From: an uncultured bacterium
GTDB taxonomy: Bacteria > Verrucomicrobiota > Kiritimatiellia > RFP12 > UBA1067
DNA: 64,000 nt
Assembly (NCBI GenBank): GCA_902764415.1
Contig: CACWVU010000004.1
Location: 15,758-79,757, forward strand
Reading direction: 5' to 3'
Below the pieces are notes generated by a model. The model was not told the DNA's origin and ran no database searches. It saw nothing but the letters and a program-made list of their open reading frames with translations. The translations under genes and the position numbers were made by a program. Every line of letters begins with the position of its first letter. The stretch's first letter is position 1. Shown here piece by piece: positions 9,140-19,700 of this stretch.

Positions 9140-10369
9140 TTATGACCAAAGCACAGACATTGGCACTGCCAACATCCCATTACCAAACGAAAGTGTTTCA
9201 CTTCCCGAATATAGGACGATGCCGACAAATCGGCGTCCCTTGGTCAAATGCTCGCGAAACCACTCAAGATGCCGGAAGTCATTCTTTCCGACTCCAGCAC
9301 CGGCTTTGACCTCAACACCTGCAAGATTGCCGTCTGCATCCTCAACAATGAAGTCTATCTCACGTTTGTCAATGTCGCGGTACTGGTAAAGCGAGTATTC
9401 GCCAGATAAATCGATCTGTGCGGCAAGTTCCGTAAATACAAGCGTCTCGACAATCTTGCCAGACTTGTCAGCATCGAGTTCAATGTCCTTCGTGCGCCAA
9501 TTCAGCATAGCCGCCATGAGACCGGTATCGCACATGTACCATTTCGGACGTTTGCCGATACGCGCATAGTCCGACCCTGTCCAGGCCTCCACGCTTTCGC
9601 AAAGATAGTAGCGTTCCAGCACCCCAAGATACTCCCTGTAGGTGGAACGGGAAAGTCCACACGCAGACTGAAGCGCGTTGGAATCGATATACTTCGACGA
9701 CCATGCGGCAACTGCTTTAAGCAAGTCATAGAGCGCACGCTGCCGACGTATGCGCTCATCATCCTTGATGTCTTTGGAGAACAACGACTTGACATAGTCC
9801 TGAAACCATTCGCGTCTATCCTCAGGCGACAACCTAACCACTTCGGGATATCCTCCGCGAAAGGCAAGGTCTAATACTGTTCTCTTGTCGCAGTCAGGAT
9901 ATAGGCTGTCATAGTCGTTCGCAAAGAGCCTGTCAAGAAACGTTGGCTCCACGCCCTGAATCTCGCCCTGCGCAAACGTTCTCATGCGTATGTTCTTTAC
10001 GCGTCCGGCAAGGCTCTCGTCTGTTTCCGGTGCAGAATATATGTCGGACGAACCCGTTATGACATATTGCCCCGGACGACGATTCCTGTCGACTACCAAC
10101 TTGATCTCCGAAAGGAGCTCCGGAGCCTTTTGCACCTCATCTATGACCATCGGCCCGTCACCGTCATAGCGTACAAAACTCTGCGGGTCAAGAAGCGCGG
10201 CCTCTCGAAGCCGCTTGGAATCAAGACTGCGGATTTCCACCTTGCCATCAAAGAACATTTCAAGCAATGTCGATTTGCCGCATTGCCTTGCACCAGATAT
10301 AATGACTACACGACGCGTTTTAAGCGCCTTGCCAAGAACACGAAAATTCCACCTTGTGACATTGTCCAT
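9140..10369 (-). CDS. AAA-family ATPase with a DUF4143 C-terminal domain
   Basis: Walker A GARQCGKSTL. Paralogue of 29394-30725. Lies in the AT-richer DNA between the 61-bp direct repeats. Confidence 0.75.
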   Translation of the reverse strand: MDNVTRWNFRVLGKALKTRRVVIISGARQCGKSTLLEMFFDGKVEIRSLDSKRLREAALLDPQSFVRYDGDGPMVIDEVQKAPELLSEIKLVVDRNRRPGQYVITGSSDIYSAPETDESLAGRVKNIRMRTFAQGEIQGVEPTFLDRLFANDYDSLYPDCDKRTVLDLAFRGGYPEVVRLSPEDRREWFQDYVKSLFSKDIKDDERIRRQRALYDLLKAVAAWSSKYIDSNALQSACGLSRSTYREYLGVLERYYLCESVEAWTGSDYARIGKRPKWYMCDTGLMAAMLNWRTKDIELDADKSGKIVETLVFTELAAQIDLSGEYSLYQYRDIDKREIDFIVEDADGNLAGVEVKAGAGVGKNDFRHLEWFREHLTKGRRFVGIVLYSGSETLSFGNGMLAVPMSVLWS

Positions 10370-10430
10370 GTGATTTCCCTCTCCTTCTCAAGCAATTTGA
10401 AACATAGTATATCACAACCCCGATAATTTG

Positions 10431-10476
10431 TCTATTAGGAATCCGAGGATTTGTCTATTAGGAATCCGAGGATTTG
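10431..10476. repeat. perfect 23-bp tandem duplication (TCTATTAGGAATCCGAGGATTTG x2)
   Basis: Seen directly in the sequence, immediately upstream of direct-repeat copy 2. Confidence 0.85.
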
Positions 10477-10506
10477 ACAGACTCAAGTCGCCGCCGCGGC
10501 GCTCGC

Positions 10507-10567
10507 CGCCTGCCCAACGGCTGCTGGTACGAGACCGACGACGGCCGCTGGACCCGCAAGTAGCGGC
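10507..10567. repeat. 61-bp direct repeat, copy 2 (duplicate of the 3' end of the ynbE-ydbL gene); att-like
   Basis: Identical to 9032-9092. Confidence 0.8.
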
Positions 10568-10640
10568 AGCCGCCGGCCCCGGTTCCAGGACGGCTCCGGC
10601 AGGTGGTCGCAGAAGAAATGATCAGCAGCCGCATTAAACC

Positions 10641-11408
10641 CTATGGTTTTAAATGCTTTTGCTTCATTAGGTCACGCACCGAAGAATATCCTACTGATGA
10701 AACAACCAAGTGATCGATGAGTGGAATGCCAAGGTCTTTGGAGGTCGCCATTAGCTGACGCGTGGTCTCGATGTCGCCTTCGGATGGCGTGTGGTCACCG
10801 TTTGGATGGTTGTGGGCCACCACTATGCAGTGGGCATCCCATTTTATCGCTTCGCGAAAAACATCCCTCGGCATGACATAAGACGAGTTGGCCTGTCCAC
10901 GCGCAACCTTGATGGGCTCACAGATGGGAATTCGTTTGGCCGTCAAAGGCAGAACCCAGAAATTCTCAAGCACATCTCCTTCTTGCGCGATGAACTTGAA
11001 CACTTCGTATGCATCTTCGGCAGTTGCAACACGCATCTTCTTCAAATCGTCCGGTTTCACGCGAAGACGGCGATACCCGAGTTCAAATGCCGCTGCCAGT
11101 TCCAGCGCCTTGACCTTCCCAATGCCCTTGATAGGCGCTTCTGGGTTCTTTTTGTTGTAGTCAGATATCTTTGCGACAAGAGTACGCCAATCGGCGGTTA
11201 CAAGGTCTTGAATGCACCCAAACGCCCGGATGAGCCGTCTTGCGAGTTCCAAGACGTCACAGCCAGGCGCACCTGTCTTGAGCAGTATCGCAAGAACGGC
11301 CTCATCCTTTAGGTCGTGCGGACTCGCCGCACGCTCCATCTGCTCGCGCGGCAGGAGTTCGCTTGAAACTCCGTTCTTCTTGAAATTGCTTTCCCGCTTC
11401 TTGACCAT
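10641..11408 (-). CDS. radC: RadC-like JAB/MPN domain protein
   Basis: HNHPNGDHTPSEGD JAMM motif and an N-terminal helix-hairpin-helix region. Last gene of the island operon. Confidence 0.8.
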   Translation of the reverse strand: MVKKRESNFKKNGVSSELLPREQMERAASPHDLKDEAVLAILLKTGAPGCDVLELARRLIRAFGCIQDLVTADWRTLVAKISDYNKKNPEAPIKGIGKVKALELAAAFELGYRRLRVKPDDLKKMRVATAEDAYEVFKFIAQEGDVLENFWVLPLTAKRIPICEPIKVARGQANSSYVMPRDVFREAIKWDAHCIVVAHNHPNGDHTPSEGDIETTRQLMATSKDLGIPLIDHLVVSSVGYSSVRDLMKQKHLKP

Positions 11409-11409
11409 A

Positions 11410-12138
11410 TTATACCTCCTCCATCGGCATGGCTATAAAATCATTAAGTTCTTTCCGCAAAATCCTCCAGCGCGGCAATCGCCTGTCCATAAGCTCTACA
11501 AACGCTCTGGAGTGGTTCGACACCTCGAAATGCGTCAGCTCATGTACGACCACATACTCAATGCATCTTGCGGGCACTCTTCCAAGCGCGGCGTTGAAAA
11601 CGATCTTGCCGCGTTTCTTAAGACAACTCGCCCACCGAGTCTTCATCTTCCTAATTTCGGTTTCGGGAAGAGCAAGCTTCAACTTCCTGCACCATCCTTT
11701 CATCTTGCCCGCCAGAGACTCACCCAACATCGCCTTCTGCCATGATTCGACGATCCTCTCCTTATGCCCTCGTGAAGCGCCCTCCCGCACGTACAACGAC
11801 AACTTGTTGCCGCCCCACGTCACCTTTTCCGTCGCATAACGATCTTCCACGACAACCAATAGTTTATACCGGCGGCCAAGACAATAAATGCTCTCTCCGC
11901 TCACATACTCCCGACGCGTCTGGCGAGGCTGGGAAAGAACAGTCTTCCGCTGGTCGCGTATCCAGCCAATCTTGGATGCAAGAAAACTTCTCAAATCGCG
12001 GTCGGAAAGATCATCTGGCGCAGAGACATGCACCCTGGCATCCGGCGGATAGATGGCAAGATGCGTGTGCTTGATCTTCTTTCGCTCGACTTCAATCTGT
12101 ATTCCGGCAACTATCATAGCATCACATCCACGGTTCAT
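11410..12138 (-). CDS. YgjP-like metal-dependent hydrolase (DUF45 / M48 family)
   Basis: HELTHFEVSNHS zinc-binding motif. Sits in the classic position downstream of hsdR. Confidence 0.75.
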   Translation of the reverse strand: MNRGCDAMIVAGIQIEVERKKIKHTHLAIYPPDARVHVSAPDDLSDRDLRSFLASKIGWIRDQRKTVLSQPRQTRREYVSGESIYCLGRRYKLLVVVEDRYATEKVTWGGNKLSLYVREGASRGHKERIVESWQKAMLGESLAGKMKGWCRKLKLALPETEIRKMKTRWASCLKKRGKIVFNAALGRVPARCIEYVVVHELTHFEVSNHSRAFVELMDRRLPRWRILRKELNDFIAMPMEEV

Positions 12139-15100
12139 CGCTCATATAGGAATCTGCATCGAACTCACCTTGGTGTTCGACGATCTGATATACGGTAAGG
12201 GGATTGAAGTCCGTGCCCTGAAGCGCATCTTCTATCGCCATCTCGACCTTTCGCCGGCGTATGGCGTTTCTTCGAAAGCCGGGCTTGGCGCTTGCTCCGA
12301 CAGCCTCGAAGACCTTGAGCGCAAGGTCAGCATCGCCGCCCAGGTTGTCGCACAGGCTACGCTTGGCCTCGGTGTCCAGGCGCGGATCTTCAACTGCCGT
12401 GTCGCCTTTCAGTTCCTTGCCCATCTTTGCGATTTCCGCAAGTAGCTTTCTGTATTCAATCTTCTCCTTGCGGTAGTCTTCGAGAAGCCTGTTAATGCGC
12501 TCAGAGAACTTGCGGTACTCGGCAGGGTTGGTCTCTTTCTTTCTGAAGATGTAGCGTCTGACGTTTGCCACAAGCGTTTCCGCGACGCCGCGTTCGCCCC
12601 CGACCTCGGACTCCACGTCGGGATCGACCGACCCTCCATCGTCTTTGTCGATTTTTATCAGATCGAGAAACGAAAGATCCTCGAGGTCGGCGAGTTTCAA
12701 CGCATGCTTGGCCGTGACGAAATTGTCGAGAAGCGATCGCATCTCGGCATCGTAGAGCTTGAGGTCCACGAAATCGCCGGCTCGCTTCATGATCGCCTCG
12801 CGCAGCATGTCGTAGTTGCGCACCTTCTCCTTTAGCGCAGCCGCCTCGGCGGGGGAGTAGCCGGCCTCGTCAGTTTCCTGCGCGATGTCGCTCCAAGCCC
12901 TTACCGCGGCGATGCAGGCCTGGTAGAAGTCTTCCCGCAGCTGCGAATCCCCGGGTCTCTGCGCTTCACCGCCAGGTTCTGCGCCTGGGCGCGTGCCGTT
13001 CTGCGCTTCGTCGCGTGCGATGAAGTAATCGCAATACTCATCGATCCCCTTCGGCGGCAGTACCGGTTCCGAAAGAATATCGCACCGTTCAAGAGCTGCT
13101 TCAAGCGCCTTGCGACCTTCTTCAAGCCGTCCCTTGAGGAGCCCCTCTACATCTTCTTTCTCAAAGTTCTTGAACGCGCCGTTGGTGTAGTCTTTGACTG
13201 CGCCCCTTATGCTCTCAAAGAGATGTTTGTAGTCGATGATGTAGCCATAGCGCTTTTTCTCCCCGTTTAGCCGGTTGACGCGGCAGATGGCCTGGAAAAG
13301 GTTGTGGTCTTCCATCTTCTTGTCGATGTAGAGATAGGTTGCGGGCGGCGCGTCAAAGCCGGTCAGCAGCTTGTCAACCACAATCAGCAGCTTCATCTTC
13401 GCCGGATGCTCGACAAACTCCTTCTTCGCCCATTCTTCGAAATCTTCGGGCGATTTTTCTCCGCGCATAGCAAGGTTCATCCTGTGCTTGTACTCGGCTT
13501 CGGTAAGCTGCTCGCCGGTGAACGCCTCGGCAAGACTTGGCTCGTCGCCACCGTAGCTCGTCACTACGGCGCAATGATCCTTCAGCGGCGAGAGAGCGTC
13601 GCTGAACATCGCCCAAAACCGATATGCCTGATACACCGACTCGCAAACCAGCATCGCATTGCCCCATCCGTCGCGGAGCGCTGGCTTGAGCCCCATGTCC
13701 ATGCAGATGTCGGTGACAATACGCTGTACGCGCTCTTTCGCCGAAAAGAGATTCTGCATCCGCGCCCAGCGCTTCTTCAGCTCTTCCTTCTTGGCGGGAA
13801 GAAGGTTCTTGGTCTTATGTTCGAAAATCGAGTCGAAAGTCACGTCTTCGGCGAGGTTCTGCTCGATGTCGCGCGCCTCATAGCGCAAATCAAGCACGAC
13901 GCCGTCCTCTACCGCCTCATCGAATTTGTAGGTGTGGATGAACGGCCCGAAATTGGCATAGCTCGTAAGCACTCCCTTCTCGCTTTTGAGAAGAGGCGTT
14001 CCCGTAAAGCCGATCAGCATTACATCTGGCCCCATGATCTTCTTCATCGCCAAGTTCATCACCCCGCCTTGCGTGCGGTGGCACTCGTCAACGAAAACGA
14101 AGATATCGCCCTTCGCCTTGAAGCCCAGCGGCAATTTCTCGGCAAGCTCCTTCAAATAAACCGCAGCCGACCTTTCACCCCGCAATCTGCGCTCGCGAGC
14201 ATCAAGCTTCTCCTTGGACCCATTCGCGCCAAATTTGTGAATCAGTGTTGTAATAAGCCGTTCACGCGATTTGTTCAACGTTGCTATCAAGTCGGCGCCA
14301 CTTGTCGCGCGATATGGCTTCTCGCCGGCCTCCTTGAAGCCGTTTGTAATCTGCTTGTCGAGTTCGTCGCGGTCGGTGATTATCACCACCCGCGCATCGG
14401 GGCGATGTTCCTTGATCCACTGCGCAAGCCAAACCATCGTAAGCGACTTGCCGGAGCCCTGCGAATGCCAGATGATGCCCGACTCCTTGCGCATGATGCG
14501 AGGCTTCGCCGCCTCCAGCGCAAAGAACTGTGCAGGTCGCATAACCTTCTTCACACCGCCGTCAAAGACGATGCCGTCGTGTATAAAGGCCAGCAACCGC
14601 TCCTTGTCAAGCATCTGTGCAAACGAGCGGTCAACGAGCGGCTTTATCTCCGCTTTGCTCCACCTCGGCACGGCGCACGGATTGCCACAAGGCTCTTTCC
14701 ACTTCAGCCAGTGTTTCTCAGGGGTGAGCGTCGTCGCATACTTCAGACCCTCAGATTCGTTGCCCGCCATCAGCAGCTGCGCAGCGGCAAAAAACGCCGG
14801 TATCTCCCCCTCTTGCTGATTGCGGTAGTTCTGGCGAATTCCCTCGGCCACGCTCACATTCGCCTTCTTTAGCTCGATCACGCAAAGGGCAATGCCATTC
14901 ACCCAGATCACGACATCAGGCCGGCGATGGCCGTTTGCCGCGACCTGCCGCCTTACAGTCACCTCCTCGGCTATGGAGAAGTTGTTTTCGAGCGGGTGTT
15001 GCCAGTCGATGAAATAAACCTGTTTCATCGGCTTCCCGGGCTCGGTCGCAATCGACATCGGGTATCTGAGGGTCAAATACACTTCTTTGTTTACGTTGTA

Positions 15101-15376
15101 GAGGTCGGCCTGGCCCGGGCATGCCATGCGCTTCGCGAGCTCGGCTATTGCACGGTCGGCACATGCGGGCTCTAGCTTTTGCTTGCAGACAAGGAACTCC
15201 TTCAGCGCCTGGCGGTCAAGGCAAGAATTCTCTCTTTCCGAAAGATCGCCCAGATAATCATAGCCAAGCTTTGTTCGCAATAGTCCAATGATGCGATCTT
15301 GAACCGCTCGTTCGGAGGCAACCACAGCGCCCGCGCCGTGGAACGAAACCTCGCCTTCAACCTTATCGTTTTGCAT
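12122..15376 (-). CDS. hsdR: type I restriction enzyme R subunit
   Basis: HsdR_N-like N-terminus, SF2 helicase motifs (GSGKSLT, FVDECHRTQGG), 1084 aa. Confidence 0.9.
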   Translation of the reverse strand: MQNDKVEGEVSFHGAGAVVASERAVQDRIIGLLRTKLGYDYLGDLSERENSCLDRQALKEFLVCKQKLEPACADRAIAELAKRMACPGQADLYNVNKEVYLTLRYPMSIATEPGKPMKQVYFIDWQHPLENNFSIAEEVTVRRQVAANGHRRPDVVIWVNGIALCVIELKKANVSVAEGIRQNYRNQQEGEIPAFFAAAQLLMAGNESEGLKYATTLTPEKHWLKWKEPCGNPCAVPRWSKAEIKPLVDRSFAQMLDKERLLAFIHDGIVFDGGVKKVMRPAQFFALEAAKPRIMRKESGIIWHSQGSGKSLTMVWLAQWIKEHRPDARVVIITDRDELDKQITNGFKEAGEKPYRATSGADLIATLNKSRERLITTLIHKFGANGSKEKLDARERRLRGERSAAVYLKELAEKLPLGFKAKGDIFVFVDECHRTQGGVMNLAMKKIMGPDVMLIGFTGTPLLKSEKGVLTSYANFGPFIHTYKFDEAVEDGVVLDLRYEARDIEQNLAEDVTFDSIFEHKTKNLLPAKKEELKKRWARMQNLFSAKERVQRIVTDICMDMGLKPALRDGWGNAMLVCESVYQAYRFWAMFSDALSPLKDHCAVVTSYGGDEPSLAEAFTGEQLTEAEYKHRMNLAMRGEKSPEDFEEWAKKEFVEHPAKMKLLIVVDKLLTGFDAPPATYLYIDKKMEDHNLFQAICRVNRLNGEKKRYGYIIDYKHLFESIRGAVKDYTNGAFKNFEKEDVEGLLKGRLEEGRKALEAALERCDILSEPVLPPKGIDEYCDYFIARDEAQNGTRPGAEPGGEAQRPGDSQLREDFYQACIAAVRAWSDIAQETDEAGYSPAEAAALKEKVRNYDMLREAIMKRAGDFVDLKLYDAEMRSLLDNFVTAKHALKLADLEDLSFLDLIKIDKDDGGSVDPDVESEVGGERGVAETLVANVRRYIFRKKETNPAEYRKFSERINRLLEDYRKEKIEYRKLLAEIAKMGKELKGDTAVEDPRLDTEAKRSLCDNLGGDADLALKVFEAVGASAKPGFRRNAIRRRKVEMAIEDALQGTDFNPLTVYQIVEHQGEFDADSYMSDEPWM
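12955..13022. repeat. GC-rich 22-24-bp tandem repeat (GTTCTGCGCYTSGSCGCGTGC x3), in-frame inside hsdR
   Basis: Same repeat family as 16015-16112 and 16276-16322. Encodes ...GAEPGGEAQRPGDSQ... Confidence 0.7.
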
Positions 15377-15389
15377 CTCTTCTCCTCCC

Positions 15390-16700
15390 TTAACTAACTG
15401 CTTGCGCCACCGCCTCGTCGATGCCGCTCAACACTGCTCCTTTGTAATCGATTTCAACCGCGCCATCATCGGCAATCAGCTGGGCAATGCGGTTTAAAAC
15501 CTGCGCCTCGTGGCGCGTCATTGCTTTCTCGCCCGGCACATACGGCCAGCCAATCGGCGCGAGCATCAGCAAATTGCCCGCCGCACACGTTTCAAATAGC
15601 TTGCCGCCCGGCTTGTAGAGCGGCGAAAAGCCCTTGTTCTGCAATGTTATCACGCGGTGCCCCGCCTCGAAGGCGCGGCGGGCGATCTCGCGCTCGCCAT
15701 GGCTGATGCATGGGCTAAGCAACACCGCGCCCTGCGCCGCCGCGCGCATGGCGGCGGTCGCCTTTTCCTCAAATTCAGGTGTTGATTTTTCCACCATCGG
15801 CTTGCCGGCGGAATCGCGGCAAATTTGCCAACCACTCGGCAACCGCCGCCGCTTGTAGGCGAAGAAAGAGCGCGAGCATTGAATCTGGCAAATAATCGGC
15901 CGCGTCAAAAGAAAGTGGTTGCCAATCGCCATAAAATGCCCCTTCGCCGGGCCGCGCCAGGGGGGAATACCGGCTCGCTCGCGAGCCGACGCAGAACCAG
16001 CCTCGCCCCAACCGGGGTTCTGCGCTTGGGCGCGCGTGCTGTCCTGCGCTTCGCCGCGCGCACGGTTCTGCGCTTCGCCGCACGTGGGGTCCTGCGCTTC
16101 GCCGCGCGCGGCGAAGTCAACCTCAATATCGCGTGCCACCTTGAAAAGTTCTAGGCAAGCCCGCTTGATGCCCAAGCGCCGCGGGTTGGCACGAATGTAG
16201 GCAATCATCTTTTCAAGCTGCCCCGCGCGAAATAGTATCAAATCAACATACCCAGGCGCCCATAACCCTACCGCCATGTTCTGCGCTTGGGCGCGTGCGT
16301 GTCCTGCGCTTGGGCGCGTGTTCCAAAGTTCCCCCGCGCGGCTTGTACTTTTCGACTTGAAGCTGCCGATGATATTGCCAAGTTTTTTCTTCTGCTGCTC
16401 CTTCACGAAGATGATGCCATGAAAATGATCGGGCATCAGCTGGCTTTCAATCACTTCAACCCCTGGCCACTGCTGAGGAATCTCGCGCCAGCATTGCTCG
16501 ACAATCAACCCGATCTCGCTTGGCTCAACCCGCCACTCCTCGCCCTCGCCGACAAGCCGCCCCAAAGCCGGCCGCGACCGATCGGCCAGCGTGATCGTGA
16601 TCATGTAAATGCAGCGCGAGGAATAGTCCCAGTTGAAGCACCGCCGTCCCATGTGGTGCTTCACCTCCTGCCTCACTTCGCTCTTATGTTTAGCGGTCAT
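15390..16700 (-). CDS. RayT/IS200-like HUH Y1 transposase domain fused to an unknown C-terminal domain, interrupted by in-frame repeats
   Basis: HuH motif MPDHFHGIIF plus LWAPGYVDLILF...YIRANPRRLG (the RayT 'W..F.DH.I...Y..NP..GL' pattern). Unknown C-terminal domain of about 200 aa. Repeat-encoded RAQAQN/GEAQD stretches. Confidence 0.6.
   Translation of the reverse strand: MTAKHKSEVRQEVKHHMGRRCFNWDYSSRCIYMITITLADRSRPALGRLVGEGEEWRVEPSEIGLIVEQCWREIPQQWPGVEVIESQLMPDHFHGIIFVKEQQKKKLGNIIGSFKSKSTSRAGELWNTRPSAGHARAQAQNMAVGLWAPGYVDLILFRAGQLEKMIAYIRANPRRLGIKRACLELFKVARDIEVDFAARGEAQDPTCGEAQNRARGEAQDSTRAQAQNPGWGEAGSASARERAGIPPWRGPAKGHFMAIGNHFLLTRPIICQIQCSRSFFAYKRRRLPSGWQICRDSAGKPMVEKSTPEFEEKATAAMRAAAQGAVLLSPCISHGEREIARRAFEAGHRVITLQNKGFSPLYKPGGKLFETCAAGNLLMLAPIGWPYVPGEKAMTRHEAQVLNRIAQLIADDGAVEIDYKGAVLSGIDEAVAQAVS
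16015..16112. repeat. GC-rich 24-bp tandem repeat x4 inside the RayT-like gene
   Basis: GGTTCTGCGCTTGGGCGCGCGTGC-type units, in frame. Confidence 0.75.
16276..16322. repeat. GC-rich 24-bp tandem repeat x2 inside the RayT-like gene (between the HuH and Tyr motifs)
   Basis: ATGTTCTGCGCTTGGGCGCGTGCGTGTCCTGCGCTTGGGCGCGTG. Confidence 0.75.
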
Positions 16701-16717
16701 GGATTGCCTCGAAACTT

Positions 16718-19700
16718 TTATGACTGAGTTGTGTTTACCTGAATCTTGCCATCAGCTTTTTCGCTAGTGGAAGACACAATACCTTTCCCTTTTAGAAACT
16801 CGATGAAAGCCCCGACACCTTCCCATTTTGAAATCTGGGGATGACACCCGAGTTCTCCAAGTCTATTATATGGCTCTGACATTCTCCTTAACCGATTGCG
16901 TATTTCATCGGTGTCGCCACCAAGATGCTGGATGATCTTACACTGCAATGTCGCCAAACTTAGCTTCCCAACAACCGCATCGAGTATCGCCTCATCAAAC
17001 TGTGTGTAGTTTCCAACATTGATGTAAGACGCGACACCAATAATTAAATCTTCATTGCCGAGTACAACATCTTTAAGCGTGTTGGCAACCATCGGTATGT
17101 TACGACGCGAAATCTTGTCAGGCGCAAAAAGTTTCTTGACATCATCCCTGTTTGCCATACCGTCAGAATACTCATTGCAAAACTCATTTATAAACATTGC
17201 CGCATAAACAATGTGAGAATCATTGCCTATATCACGAAGAGCCTGATACAGCTCATTTGAATACTTAATACGATTACCTTTCGCAAGATACTCAATTCGC
17301 TTGGGCGTCGCATTTGCTCCTGAATATCTTGATATAACGCCTTTACTCATACCTGACAAGAGGCCATTCATTGCGTCATCTGACAATTGCACTTCTTCTG
17401 CCAATCGCTTTGCCAAATTCTCATCTTCCTCCCACGCTATACCGCGCGAATTCTTCTGAGATAAAACCGAATAACAATCTATGTCATTTACATACTCCCA
17501 GAACAAGGTCTCGTCATCTGTGTTTCTATTCCACACCTCAGCTGCGTTATTCCATGTTGGCACAAGCCACTTGAGTCTTATACAAAGAGCAAGCGCCCTA
17601 TCCGACACGAGCTTCTTTGCGTCATCAATTCTACCTTGTTTTGATTGTTTCTCCACGAAACGAGTTATGTCATCCTCGCCCAAATCATCACGGTTGAAAA
17701 CAAAAGCAATATTCTCAATAGAATCTTCCTGCTGCGACTCCAATTGCAAATACACATTGTCAAGATACGTTTTAAACTCTCTGTCCACATAGTCAACAAG
17801 TTGCTTGATTCCACAACTATTAATCACCGAATAGTTCTTCTTCTCAAAATCGCTCACATCAATCCCTTTGGCGTTCAATATCTCCTTCAGCATATTTGCA
17901 TCAAGTAAATATGCGCATTCAGATATGACAACCTCAATAAATCCAGTCTCTTGCGCCAATTTAAAGTCAAGCACTTCGAACTTCAAGTCAAACTGCCTCA
18001 CAAAAGCTGTCATAGTCTCTACATCGTTAATCCCATTGTCTCGCAGCAACTGCGGCATGGCCGCTGTCTGCTCCACATACTCTTTTACAATGTTAGACGG
18101 AACAACAGCTTTCTCCTGTCGCATTGTCCACGCGACATACAGCCCCAATTGCTTTTCAATAAACTCGCGTGGCCAGCCGTCTCCCGAAACTGAAGTCTCT
18201 ATCAACTCTGCCATGTAGTTCGGAGTTGCCGACATGATGCAGTCAAACAACTTTCTTGCATCGTCTCCCTTTGCCACTTCCGTAAGATATCCATCTACAA
18301 ACTCATAACTTCTCAAATCCTTTTTGGAAATTAGTTGCCAAAATTCCTTTGCCTTCTCACTCTCGGGGCTTGTCAAAAGTTCGCGGCAAATGTCATAGTT
18401 CGGCATAGATGGAGTCGAGAAATAATGCAGCTCAAGACTTTCAATTAGCGCCCTAGGATTTTTGAGTTTGGTTTTCCAATCAGCATCATCGCCTCGCGTA
18501 ACACCAACTTCAAAAAGGTAATCCTGAATAGAATTAACTCCGTCAACCTCATGGAAGATCGAAATGTTGTAATAATACTTTTCGTTGAGATAGCCATTCT
18601 TCAACAAGAGAATCACAAGTTCTGCATCTTGCCGATCTTCGCTGCTTTCCTGAATGATTACCTTAATCTCATCATCTTTCAAGACGCCTTCTACCATTAA
18701 TTCCTGAATCGTTTTATGCTTGATAGTTAGGCGACGTTCCTTTAGGACCTGAATTTCCTGTTTGATCTTTTCAATACGCCCATTTTGATGCGACTCAATT
18801 CGTTTGACGTGTTCATCGTATGTACAGTTAGGGTCTGTCTTCTTTTCGATATCCGCCCATTTTATCGGGCGATTTCCATACGAACCTCCTGAAAATCCAT
18901 TTCTGCGCAACACCTCAAACCAATTATCATAGTAGAGTATCGCCGAGGCAAACCTTTGTTCTCCCTGAATATGCACATAGGCGTTGTGAGGATCAAACTC
19001 TCGCATCAATGTAGCATAATACAACAATTGCAATTGTTGAATGTCCGTCAACTTTTCCCCATTGATGCAATCAATCTCATGTTTCAAATTGCTAATCTTA
19101 TCATCAATATCTTTTGCCAACCTTTCCTGGGCTTCTTTTTTCTTCTCAAGGAACTTCCACATCATACCTCTTTCATCATGCATGAGGGCAAAATCCTTGG
19201 GAAAGAAGTTTTTGAACACAACAAGTCCCAAGAGTTCTTGCTCAGAGGTATAATCGATTACTTGCTCTCTGTAAGTGTAATATTCATTGCAAATGTTCTT
19301 GAGAAGCCGCATATCCGAGATGTACGGCGAAACCACCTTTACAAATCTTACCAATGTCTCATCTGGCTTAGTGTCGCTCCAGTCATTGAGAAACGCCAAC
19401 AACTCCGTGCGTGAATTAGATGCATTTATTCGCGGAATGATCGGAATAACAAAATCAAAGAATTTCACTTTGCTCTTTTCATCTTCAAACAGTTCTTCCC
19501 GAAGCGCATATATAAATCTTATAGGTTTTTTCTTGACACTTATCTGATGGGAATTGTTCAGAAGTAGATTTAGCTCCCGCAACTTCGTGAAGATACATAA
19601 ATCATTAAATCTATCGATGTCCTCAAAAACAACTATAGAACATTTTGAGGCAGAAAAGAAATTAATGATTGTCCTTATGTTACGGTTAAGCATAGAACAT

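Noticed and set aside
13304-14872. 522-aa plus-strand ORF
   Set aside because: Lies antisense within hsdR, whose own frame has strong helicase and HsdR motifs. No recognisable domain. Typical antisense open frame.
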